DNA of 64,000 nt from Eledone cirrhosa. Taxonomy: Eukaryota. The translations under genes were made by a program, and so were the position numbers. This document shows, piece by piece, positions 28,400-43,114 of the stretch; position 1 is the stretch's first letter; each line of letters opens with the position of its first letter. The stretch spans positions 1 through 64,000 of the forward strand of contig CAXHJY010000083.1 in the NCBI GenBank assembly GCA_964016885.1, in the 5' to 3' direction. The notes under the pieces are model-generated. The model was not told where the DNA came from. It made no database searches and was given only the letters and a program-made list of their open reading frames with translations.

Positions 28400-30582
28400 T
28401 ATCGGGGAGAAGTGTGTACTTAACGATGATGGCATACTTGCCATCACCGACACTGATAAGAAGGTAGCTTGGAAGTGTCACTATGAAAGGCTACTAAATG
28501 AGGAGAATAAATGGGAGAAAGACAGTCTCCCCCATATCGACCCGATAGAGGGACCAGCAGTGTTAGTCGTGGGGAGTATAATAAGTAAGGCAATCAAGGA
28601 TATGAAGACTGGTAAGGCGGCTGGGCCTTCGGAAATAGTTGCTGAGATGCTGAAGGCATCTGGCACGGTGGGACACACCATGGCCACCCGCATAGTTAAC
28701 CAAGTCGTACAGAATGGGGTTGTTCCGAAGGACTGGCATAGCAGCATCATCGTTAACTGTTATAAGGGTAAAGGAGACGCCCTAGATAGGAGTAACTATA
28801 GAGGCATTAAATTAATCGACCAGGTCATGAAGGTCACGGAAAAAGTAATAGCTCAACTAATCAGAGAGAGAATTGATCTAGATGAAATGCAGTTCGGGTT
28901 TGTGTCAGGCAAAAGCACCACAGACGCTCTTTTCATAGTACGACAACTACAGGAGAAGTACCTAGCTAAAGGTAAACCCCTCTACTTAGCTTTTGTCGAC
29001 CTGGAGAAAGCCTTCGACAGAGTCCCCCGCTCCATTATCTGGTGGGCTCTTAGAAAACTAGGCGTTGACGAATGGCTTGTGAGGGCTATACAAGCCATGT
29101 ATAAAGAAACAGTCAGCAAGGTTAGAATTAACAACGAATATAGTGAAGAGTTTAGCGTAAAAGTTGGCGTCCATCAGGGCTCTGTTCTCAGCCCCCTACT
29201 ATTTATTATTGCCCTTCAGGCTATAACAGAGGAGTTCAAGACAGGCTGCCCATGGGAACTCCTATACGCAGACGACCTGACACTCATAGCGGAATCAATG
29301 GCCGAGCTAGAGAAGAAATTCCAAACATGGAAGCACGGCCTAGAGTCAAAAGGACTTAAAATTAACCTGGCTAAGACCAAAGTTCTAGTTTGTAGGAAAG
29401 AAAACAAGGCGGCGGTCCCTTCTGGGAAATGGTCGTGCTCGGTATGTAGGAAAGGCGTAGGTAGAAACACCATCTTATGTCCTAAATGCAAAGTATGGGT
29501 GCATAAAAGATGTAGTGGGATCACAGGTAAGCTAACTAAGAACATAGACTTTACATGTGGCCGGTGTTCTGGTGCAATAAGTAGCAGCAAGTGCCCACAA
29601 AATACTAGCTCTTTCAATTGCGCAGAGGGTTCTATAGAAATAGTGGACAGCTTCCGTTACCTGGGCGATAAAATCAGCAGTGGGGGAGGGTGCTCTGAAA
29701 GTACTGTAGCTAGAGTCAGAACTGGTTGGAAAAAGTTCAGAGAGCTTATACCACTATTAGCTGCTAAAGGGTTCTCCCTAAAAATGAAAGGCAGGTTGTA
29801 CGATGCCTGCATACGAACAGCAATGTTGCATGGTAGTGAGACCTGGGCATTGTGTGCAGAGGATATACGCAGACTAGAGAGGAACGAAGCTTGCATGCTC
29901 CGCTGGATGTGTAACAGTAATATACGTGAACGGCAAAGCATAAACGAACTAAGGAAAAAATTAGAGATAAGAGGGATCAGATGTTGTTTACTTGAGAGAA
30001 GGCTGCGTTGGTATGGACACGTGATGCGCATGAAAGTCGATAGCTGTATTACAAAGTGCAGGGCAATAAAGATAGACGGTAGCCACGGAATAGGCAGACC
30101 TAGAAAAAGATGGGATGAGCTGATAAACTCCGACCTCACACACTTACACCTCTCCAAGACAATGTCACTGGACCGTGACCTTTGGTGGTACTCAGAAACA
30201 GAGAAGACCCGCCTTGCCAGTAGGCATCTCTAACAAACTACACCCCGTCCCGCCACCACCCCCACCCCATCCACACCACCCCGTTCTATGTAAAGTTATG
30301 TTGGTGCCGCGCCATCCAGGCCGAAACAAATGAGATCGTGTAGGTGTCACGACAAAAAAACACACAGTCCACGCTGTAATGTGGCCGTGTAGGCAACACG
30401 GTAAAAACCTCCCAGACTCACACTGTAAATGTGGTTGGTGTTAGGAAGGGCATCCAACTGTAGAAAACCTGCCAGACAGTCCTATGCGAGCAAGACAATC
30501 ACTCTTGCCTCAAGTGGGACTACCCCCGTCCAAACCCATGCAAGCGTGGAACACGGACGTTAAACGTTGATGATGATGATGA

Positions 30583-30585
<3 letters not shown>
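28400..30585 (+). mobile_element. 5'-truncated PHD-RTE LINE with uninterrupted RT frame (28400-30233)
   Basis: RT motifs; CSVC..C..C..H..C..C..C; (GAT)n tail; the upstream part of the listed 1007-aa ORF is microsatellite read-through. Confidence 0.94.
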
Positions 30586-32590
<2,005 letters not shown>

Positions 32591-33475
32591 CAACACTCGC
32601 AGACAAGGCTTGGCAGCTGCGTGAAAATAACCAACAATTTCACCTAAAATGGGATATTATAGCAGCTGCCCCCCCCATATATTCCAATGGACAGGAATTT
32701 TGTAAATTATGTAATGTAGAATTATTTTGTATTATGAAATCCAAAAACATTTTATTAAATAACAGAATAGAGCGATCGTTATACTGTAACCATCGCTTAA
32801 AATCTACATTTTCATATTATAAATACTACCAGGATTGAACGCCTGTCTCTATCCCCGTTTGATTGTCAAAATAGATATGAACATTCTTTATTAGTCTTAA
32901 TTCTATCAACTCTTCTATTATTTACCTTTTAATACAAACTGCTATAGATAAGATGAGATTTCTGATTTCTTGATTCAATTCCCTAGTGCAAATACCAGCT
33001 GACTACTAGCATTGATGTTATTTAGTAGTAATCGAAATCTCCCCCTTCCCCAATTGACACTTTATGATTAATACTACTGCACCAAATGACCAGCCCTGTC
33101 CACTGTCCAGTTGGTCAAGTAGAGATTAAAATCGGCACTCCCAAAATTCTTATTTAGATTTACTCATGGTATTCTCATTAAGAAACCCATTATATACTTG
33201 TTTAGCAGTAAATTATTTGACCATCTGTCATATTCTATCCCTCTGTTCCTTCCTCTTTTACTAATATAAATACTTCAATTTTTCTGATTTTATCCAGTTT
33301 ATCCAAAATCTCTGAAGAAGTGACAACTGATTATACATTTGCTATCGAATGCTTGCTAACATTATATGATTACGCAAGCAGCGATACATAGGTATTCGGT
33401 CTGTACAGAAACATATGTCAATACCTAATAAATTCCTTTTTAACAAAAGCACTTTCATTTATATTCATCCTTTCT
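32591..33475 (+). mobile_element. 3' fragment of a second Naiad-like PLE family (GIY-YIG C-terminus + pLTR)
   Basis: Manual translation [42 protein letters not shown]/..[15 protein letters not shown] parallels the end of the 819-aa ORF; HHR-like boxes at 33312-33426. Confidence 0.8.
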
Positions 33476-33698
33476 ACATATATATATATATATACATACA
33501 TATATATATATATATACATACATATATATATATATATACATACATACATATATATATATACATACATACATATATATATATACATACATACATATATATA
33601 TATACATACATACATATATATATATACTATACATACAGTATATATATATATATATACATACATATATATATATAGTACATACATATATATATATATAT

Positions 33699-33757
<59 letters not shown>

Positions 33758-33939
33758 CATACATACATATATATATATATACATACATATATATATATAT
33801 ACATACATATATATATATATACATACATATATATATATACATACATACATATATATATATACATACATATATATATATACATAATATATATATATACATA
33901 CATATATATATATACATATATATATATACATATATATAT

Positions 33940-33992
<53 letters not shown>

Positions 33993-34154
33993 CATATATA
34001 TATATACATACATATACATACATATATATATATACATACATATATATATATATACATAATATATATATATATACATACATATATATATATATACATACAT
34101 ATATATATATATACATACATATATATATATATACATACATATATATATACATAC

Positions 34155-34185
<31 letters not shown>

Positions 34186-34226
34186 CATACATATATATAT
34201 ATACATACATATATATATATACATTC

Positions 34227-34277
<51 letters not shown>

Positions 34278-34387
34278 CATACATATATATATATATACAT
34301 ACATATATATATATATACATACATATATATATATACATACATATATATATATATACATACATATATATATACATACATATATATATA

Positions 34388-34428
<41 letters not shown>

Positions 34429-34586
34429 ATATATATACATACATATATTTACATACATATATATATATATACATACATATATATATATATATAATACATA
34501 CATATATATATATATATACATACATATATATATATATATATATACATACATATATATATATATATATATACATACTTATATATATA

Positions 34587-34627
<41 letters not shown>

Positions 34628-34659
34628 ATATACATACATATATATATATATATACATAC

Positions 34660-34690
<31 letters not shown>

Positions 34691-34788
34691 CATATATAAT
34701 ATATACATACATATATATATATATACATATATATATATACATACATATATATATATATATACATACATATATATATATATATACATAC

Positions 34789-34819
<31 letters not shown>

Positions 34820-35034
34820 CATATATATATATACATACATATATATATATATACATACATATATATATATATATACATACATATATATATATATATACAT
34901 ACATATATATATATATACATACATATATATATATATACATACATATATATATATATATACATACATATATATATATATATACATACATATATATATACAT
35001 ACATATATATATATATACATACATATATATATAT

Positions 35035-35081
<47 letters not shown>

Positions 35082-35108
35082 CATACATATATATATTATA
35101 TACATACA

Positions 35109-35144
<36 letters not shown>

Positions 35145-35172
35145 CATACATATATATATATATACATACATA

Positions 35173-35208
<36 letters not shown>

Positions 35209-35454
35209 CATATATATATACATATATATATACATACATATATATATATATATATACATATATATATACATACATATATATATATATATATACATATATA
35301 TATACATATATATATACATATATATATACATATATATATATACATATATATATACATACATATATATATATATATATACATATATATATACATATATATA
35401 TACATATATATATACATATATATATACATACATATATATATATATATACATACA

Positions 35455-35496
<42 letters not shown>

Positions 35497-35561
35497 CATA
35501 TATATATACATACATATATATATACATACATATATATATATATACATACATATATATATAT

Positions 35562-35628
<67 letters not shown>

Positions 35629-35655
35629 CATACATATATATATATATATATACAT

Positions 35656-35700
<45 letters not shown>

Positions 35701-35923
35701 CATACATATATATATATATACATACATATATATATATATACATACATATATATATATATACATATATATATATACATATATATATACATACATATATATA
35801 TATACATATATATATACATACATATATATATATACATATATATATACATACATATATATATACATACATATATATATACATACATATATATATATATATA
35901 TACATATATATATACATATATAT

Positions 35924-35976
<53 letters not shown>

Positions 35977-36598
35977 CATACATATATATATATATATATA
36001 TACATACATATATATATATACATATATACATACATATATATATATATATATATACATACATATATATATATACATACATATATATATATATACATACATA
36101 TATATATATATATACATACATACATATATACATACATATATATATATATACATACATATATATATATATATACATACATACATATATACATACATATATA
36201 TATATATATACATACATATATATATATATATATACATACATATATATATATATATATACATACATATATATATATATATACATACATACATATATATATA
36301 CATACATACATATATATATATATACATACATACATATATATATACATACATACATATATATATACATACATACATACATATATATATATATATACATACA
36401 TACATATATATATATATACATACATATATATATATATACATACATATATATATATATATATACATACATATATATATACATACATACATATATATACATA
36501 CATACATATATATACATACATACATACATATACATACATACATATATATATATATACATACATACATATACATACATACATATACATACATACATATA

Positions 36599-36630
<32 letters not shown>

Positions 36631-36650
36631 CATATACATACATACATATA

Positions 36651-36682
<32 letters not shown>

Positions 36683-36739
36683 CATATACATACATATATA
36701 TATATACATACATATATATATATACATACATATATATAT

Positions 36740-36770
<31 letters not shown>

Positions 36771-36798
36771 CATACATATATATATATATATACATACA

Positions 36799-36852
<54 letters not shown>

Positions 36853-36995
36853 CATACATATATATATATATATATACATACATATATATATATATACATA
36901 TACATATATATATACATACATATATATATATATATATATACATACATATATATATATATATATATACATACATATATATATATATATAGATATAC

Positions 36996-37028
<33 letters not shown>

Positions 37029-37079
37029 CATACATATATATATATATATACATACATATATATATATATATAGATATAC

Positions 37080-37112
<33 letters not shown>

Positions 37113-37206
37113 CATACATATATATATATATATACATACATACATATATATATATATACATATATATACATATATATATATACACATATATATATATACA
37201 TACATA

Positions 37207-37238
<32 letters not shown>

Positions 37239-37288
37239 CACATATATATATATACATACATATATATATATATATATATACATACATA

Positions 37289-37342
<54 letters not shown>

Positions 37343-37365
37343 CATACATATATATATATATATAT

Positions 37366-37396
<31 letters not shown>

Positions 37397-37404
37397 CATA
37401 CATA

Positions 37405-37442
<38 letters not shown>

Positions 37443-37473
37443 CATACATATATATATATATATACATACATAC

Positions 37474-37544
<71 letters not shown>

Positions 37545-37550
37545 CACATA

Positions 37551-37590
<40 letters not shown>

Positions 37591-37617
37591 CATACATATA
37601 TATATATATACATATAC

Positions 37618-37651
<34 letters not shown>

Positions 37652-37659
37652 ATATATAC

Positions 37660-37743
<84 letters not shown>

Positions 37744-37913
37744 ATATATACATACATATATATATATATATACACATATATATATATATATATATATACA
37801 TACATACATATATATATATACACATACATATATATATATATATATACATACATACATATATATATATACACATACATACATATATATATATACACATACA
37901 TATATATATATAT

Positions 37914-37948
<35 letters not shown>

Positions 37949-38030
37949 CATACATACATATATATATATATACATACATACATATATATATATATATACA
38001 TACATACATATATATATATATACATACATA

Positions 38031-38068
<38 letters not shown>

Positions 38069-38333
38069 CATACATACATATATATATACATACATACATA
38101 TATATACATACATACATATATATATATATATACATACATATATATATATATATACATACATACATATATATACATACATACATATATATACATACATACA
38201 TATATATACATACATACATACATATATATACATACATACTTATATATACATACATACATACATATATATACATACATACATATATATACATACATACATA
38301 CATATATATACATACATACATATATATATATAC
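33476..38333. repeat. ~4.9 kb (TA)n(TACA)n microsatellite
   Basis: Direct inspection. Confidence 0.97.
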
Positions 38334-38383
38334 ATGATGATGGCTGCCCCCTCGTTATCGAGTATGGCCATTGCACAAAAAAA

Positions 38384-38414
<31 letters not shown>

Positions 38415-38423
38415 TAAAAAAAA

Positions 38424-38467
<44 letters not shown>

Positions 38468-38470
<3 letters not shown>

Positions 38471-41400
38471 GAGAGAGGCTAGCAAAAGATATAAATAGAT
38501 TGACTTGGTGACCTTGCCACGGACAAACGTCTACATCAACAATTATGGGACTGCTGGCTCACCCCTTCCTCACCAACAATATAAAAAGCCCCGGCACCAC
38601 CACCGACATAACCAGCAGCAATAACAGCCAACTACAACAAAAAGTATATTATATTATTGTAATGCACTGGGTGATTGCTGGCCTGGAGTGGAGACAATTA
38701 TTAATAATTTCATTCTTAAGCCACGCAATGCTCACATTAAGGAACCACTCATGATAATAACAATTTAAAAAAAACAACAAAAAGAAAACCCCGTGACCAA
38801 GAAATACCGGGATGGCGGCCGGCGGGGAATAGCCATGTCTCTAGGGGAGAACGACCCCTCTAGTCTTGGTTGACACTCGTTCTAGAAGTGGTAACACGAA
38901 AAGATTACCCCTTGGCGGATAAGGATAAAACGCGACAAAATAAAGTAGATGTCTAATGATGAAATCTCATACCGGATCGGCCGTCACCCGGGTAAAAAAG
39001 GGCCGCGTCCCTCAGAGAGGAACCAGACTGGGGTCGAAAAATCAGCTAATGGTTCAAACCTTCCCATCACTTCGGAGCTGGAGACCTCCCATAACCGGAA
39101 TACTCCTACTGTTGGCCCTCCATGCTCACCACCAAGAAATCCAAAGAAAAAGAGAGAAAAATGGTCAAGGGAAGATAATAAAGAAGTCCTTGAGGCTTTC
39201 TACACTGCCATGTACTACCCATCAAATACATCGAATACAGAGCAAACATATATCAACTGGAAAAAGAAACATCCCGAAAACAGAGGCTATATTGACAGTA
39301 ACAAACTAGCCAATATACGAAGAAATATTGTAAGAAAAAAGTTACTAACTGATATAGAAATTGATCAGATCAAGCTAGTAGCACAAAGTCAGCGAAGGGA
39401 AAATGAAGCATGTGTCAGTGAAAACGAGGTAAACTGTAACACTTCGAATCCCAGAGTTGGGGCGGAATCACTGGCAACAGAACAAATTAAAGAAAGGAGC
39501 GAAAAAGTGGAGGGAGTGCATGCTCAGGATGAAACTCCAAATGAAAATAATGAGATCGTAAATGATAAAGAAATGAATGAAAATGAACTTGCCAACTTGA
39601 AGGATGAAATTATGATCGAATGGATGAAAATGAAAGAATCTGACATGGGGGAACGAGACACCCTCCCTAAGATCCAGAACTCCAAACAGAACCAAAAGAT
39701 AATACACAAGACTAACATAATTCTCAAAAACATTATCATCACAAACAAACTAAGCATTACTGACTTAAATCATCTCTATTATGCATCGGCTAAAGTCACC
39801 ACTCACTTATGTGGAGTGAAGATGAAAAAACAAAGGAATTCCCACAAGAAATCTACTTGGCAAGATAACATCAATCGCCAAATAAACCTTCTCCGATCTG
39901 ACATAGAAATTTTAACAAACTATAAAGTAGGTGAACATGTTAAACAAACTAAACTTAGAAAATTGAAAAAAAAGTACAGTATAAGATCAACATGTGACAT
40001 AGACATGCTGATAGAAACAATCAAGCAAAAAGTGTCGGCCAAAGCTGCTCGTATAAGGCGCTTTGAAAAACGATCTAGATTCTATAAGGACAATAATATG
40101 TTCAAAAACAACCAAAGAAACTTCTACAGAAAAATTGGTAAGTCAACAATAACTGCTAAATCAATACCACCCAAGGAGGAAGTGCAAGAATTCTGGGAAA
40201 AGATCTGGGCCGAAGAAAAAGTTCATAACATACATGCCCCATGGATAGACAGACAAATGAAAGAAACAGCTCACCTTGAAGAACAAACATGGGAAAATAT
40301 AACAGTTGAACAGCTGCGCTTGGCTCTAAGAAAAACCAGCAAATGGAAATCCCCAGGAAAAGACAAAATACAAAACTTTTGGATAAATGCCTTCACAGAG
40401 TCTCATGAGCTGTTAGCCCAACTTTACAATGAAATAGTTAAGGAGCCAGAAAAGATACCATCATGGCTAGTTAACGGCATTACATTCCTGCTACCGAAGA
40501 ATGATGAGACAAACAATCCCAAAAATTACAGACCGATAACCTGCTTGACCACAATGTATAAAATTTTAACATCAGTCCTAACTGAATACACATATGACCA
40601 CCTGATAACAAATGACCTATTTCCCATTGAGCAGAAAGGGTGTAAACGAGGCTCATATGGCTGTAAGGATCAACTTCTGGTTAACAAAATGATACTGGAA
40701 GATTGTCATAATAGACACAAAAATCTATCGATCGCTTGGATAGATTATAAAAAAGCATTTGATAGTTTGCCACACAGTTGGATTGAAAAATGTTTAGAGA
40801 TTTTCAAAATATCCCCCGTTATCAGGAGGTTTTTGTCATTCGGTATGAGGACATGGAGAACGACACTCCTTTTGAATAGTGAAACAAAATCACTGGAAGC
40901 TGGAGAAGTTAACATTAATTGTGGAATTTTTCAGGGTGACTCTTTATCACCGCTTTTATTCTGCATCGCACTTATACCATTAAGTAAAATGCTCAATGAA
41001 ACAAAACATGGATATAGAGTCTATGACAAAACCATTAATCACCTGTTCTACATGGATGACCTGAAACTATTTGCAAAAAATGATGAACAATTGCAAGGGC
41101 TATTATCCACTGTGAAGCAGTTCAGTGATGACATTAAAATGGAGTTTGGACTGGATAAATGCGCCAAAGCAACGTTCACCAGAGGAAAGCTGCTGAAGAG
41201 TTCAGACATTAATCTTGATCGGGGGAACGTGATAAGAGAGCTTGATCAAGAACAAACTTACAAATATCTAGGTGTTTGTGAAGGAGACGGAATCAAGCAC
41301 TCGACAATGAGGGAAAGGATAAGGAAGGAATGTTACCGCAGAGTCAGAGCAATCTTAAGAACGGAATTGAATGCAAGGAATAGGATCGATGCCATAAACA

Positions 41401-42739
41401 CGCTTGCCATACCAGTAGTAACCTACAGTTACAATGTCATCAACTGGTCAAGCACAGAGATCCGTAGGCTCGATACAAAAATCCGAAAATTCTTAACCAT
41501 GCACAGAATGCATCACCCTAAGGCAGACATAGATAGAATATATCTCCCTAGGAAAGAAGGAGGACGTGGGTTAATCCAGTTAGACATTGCGTTGAAAACT
41601 GCAACAATTGGATTATCCACATATCTAAGGGAATCACATGATTGGATGATCAAACTCGTTTTGAAACACGAAAGCACCAAAAGATCATATTCCATTACAA
41701 AAGATGCACAAAGATACAGTAATGGACTACAAATTTCAGAAGTCCCATTTACTGCTGAAATGGAAAACACAGAAAAAGCAAAGCAGGTAAAAGTAACTGC
41801 AAAGAAAGAACTGCTACAGAAACTGGCTAAGAAATGGCAAGAAAAGCCTCTGTATGGAAAATACCCAGAGCGAGCTAACAATCCTGATGTTGACAAAACT
41901 TTAACCCATCAGTGGTTGGCATCCTCTGGACTGAAATCGGAGACTGAAGGACTGATTATATCCGCACAAGATCAGTGTCTGCCAACAAAAAATTACCAAG
42001 CCAACATAATAAAAAATGGGTGCAGCCCATTATGCCGTGTATGCAAAAAACAACCAGAGACCATTGACCATATAATTTCAATGTGCAGTCCTATAGCTCC
42101 AACCGAATACCTAAACAGGCATGACAGAGCTGCACAATACATACATTGGATAATGTGCAAGCATTTTGACCTGCCCCATCAAAAGAATTGGTGGGAGCAT
42201 CAACCACCTCCCATACTTGAAAAAGATCACATCTCAATCTTGTGGAACTTTAGCATCCAAACAGACCGAAAAATAGATGCAAATAGACCTGATATAATAT
42301 TGAAGGACTTTCAAAGGAGGGTATGCCTGCTAATTGATATGTCTGTTCCAATAGACAAGAATGTATCTATAAAAACATTTGAAAAATTGAGCAAGTATAA
42401 GGACCTGGAGATAGAAATTGGAAAAATGTGGAAATTGAGAACTAAAACAATACCAGTGGTTGTAGGCGCTCTGGGAATGATACCTAAGGGGTCTAACGAC
42501 TACTTATCGCAAATCCCAGGAAACCCGCGTATAGGAGAAATACAAAAGATAGTACTAATGGGAACTGCCCATATACTAAGGAAGATCCTGTCAATATAAG
42601 TACATCACAAGTCTAAACACTAAGGATGCATGTGTGAATATGTGTGTTCTTTCTTGAACATGGCGGACCTTGTTGTCTCTTGAGGTCACTGGTTGTGACT
42701 TGGTGATAACTCGTATAAACATAAAGCAAGATAAATGCA

Positions 42740-42740
<1 letters not shown>
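38468..42740 (+). mobile_element. R4/Dong-clade non-LTR retrotransposon flanked by (TAA)n
   Basis: Single ORF with RT+RLE; (AAT)n on both sides; 5' boundary uncertain (38468-38790). Confidence 0.88.
38949..42599 (+). CDS. RT + CCHC finger + restriction-like endonuclease (1216 aa, intact)
   Basis: NYRPITCL, EQKG, DYKKAFD, GIFQGDSLSP, YMDD; CRVC..ETIDHIISMC; RHD; RPD..LIDMS..KLSKY. Confidence 0.95.
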   Translation: MSNDEISYRIGRHPGKKGPRPSERNQTGVEKSANGSNLPITSELETSHNRNTPTVGPPCSPPRNPKKKREKWSREDNKEVLEAFYTAMYYPSNTSNTEQTYINWKKKHPENRGYIDSNKLANIRRNIVRKKLLTDIEIDQIKLVAQSQRRENEACVSENEVNCNTSNPRVGAESLATEQIKERSEKVEGVHAQDETPNENNEIVNDKEMNENELANLKDEIMIEWMKMKESDMGERDTLPKIQNSKQNQKIIHKTNIILKNIIITNKLSITDLNHLYYASAKVTTHLCGVKMKKQRNSHKKSTWQDNINRQINLLRSDIEILTNYKVGEHVKQTKLRKLKKKYSIRSTCDIDMLIETIKQKVSAKAARIRRFEKRSRFYKDNNMFKNNQRNFYRKIGKSTITAKSIPPKEEVQEFWEKIWAEEKVHNIHAPWIDRQMKETAHLEEQTWENITVEQLRLALRKTSKWKSPGKDKIQNFWINAFTESHELLAQLYNEIVKEPEKIPSWLVNGITFLLPKNDETNNPKNYRPITCLTTMYKILTSVLTEYTYDHLITNDLFPIEQKGCKRGSYGCKDQLLVNKMILEDCHNRHKNLSIAWIDYKKAFDSLPHSWIEKCLEIFKISPVIRRFLSFGMRTWRTTLLLNSETKSLEAGEVNINCGIFQGDSLSPLLFCIALIPLSKMLNETKHGYRVYDKTINHLFYMDDLKLFAKNDEQLQGLLSTVKQFSDDIKMEFGLDKCAKATFTRGKLLKSSDINLDRGNVIRELDQEQTYKYLGVCEGDGIKHSTMRERIRKECYRRVRAILRTELNARNRIDAINTLAIPVVTYSYNVINWSSTEIRRLDTKIRKFLTMHRMHHPKADIDRIYLPRKEGGRGLIQLDIALKTATIGLSTYLRESHDWMIKLVLKHESTKRSYSITKDAQRYSNGLQISEVPFTAEMENTEKAKQVKVTAKKELLQKLAKKWQEKPLYGKYPERANNPDVDKTLTHQWLASSGLKSETEGLIISAQDQCLPTKNYQANIIKNGCSPLCRVCKKQPETIDHIISMCSPIAPTEYLNRHDRAAQYIHWIMCKHFDLPHQKNWWEHQPPPILEKDHISILWNFSIQTDRKIDANRPDIILKDFQRRVCLLIDMSVPIDKNVSIKTFEKLSKYKDLEIEIGKMWKLRTKTIPVVVGALGMIPKGSNDYLSQIPGNPRIGEIQKIVLMGTAHILRKILSI

Positions 42741-42804
<64 letters not shown>

Positions 42805-42810
42805 GAAAAG

Positions 42811-42841
<31 letters not shown>

Positions 42842-42953
42842 TATACATACATATATATATACACATATATATACACACACACATACATACACATACATAC
42901 ATATATACACACACACATACACTCACACATATATACACACATACATTAATAAC

Positions 42954-42993
<40 letters not shown>

Positions 42994-43072
42994 GCAATAA
43001 TAATAATAACGACAACAACAATAATAATATACATATTCATATATATATACACACACACGCACGCACATAAGC

Positions 43073-43112
<40 letters not shown>

Positions 43113-43114
<2 letters not shown>

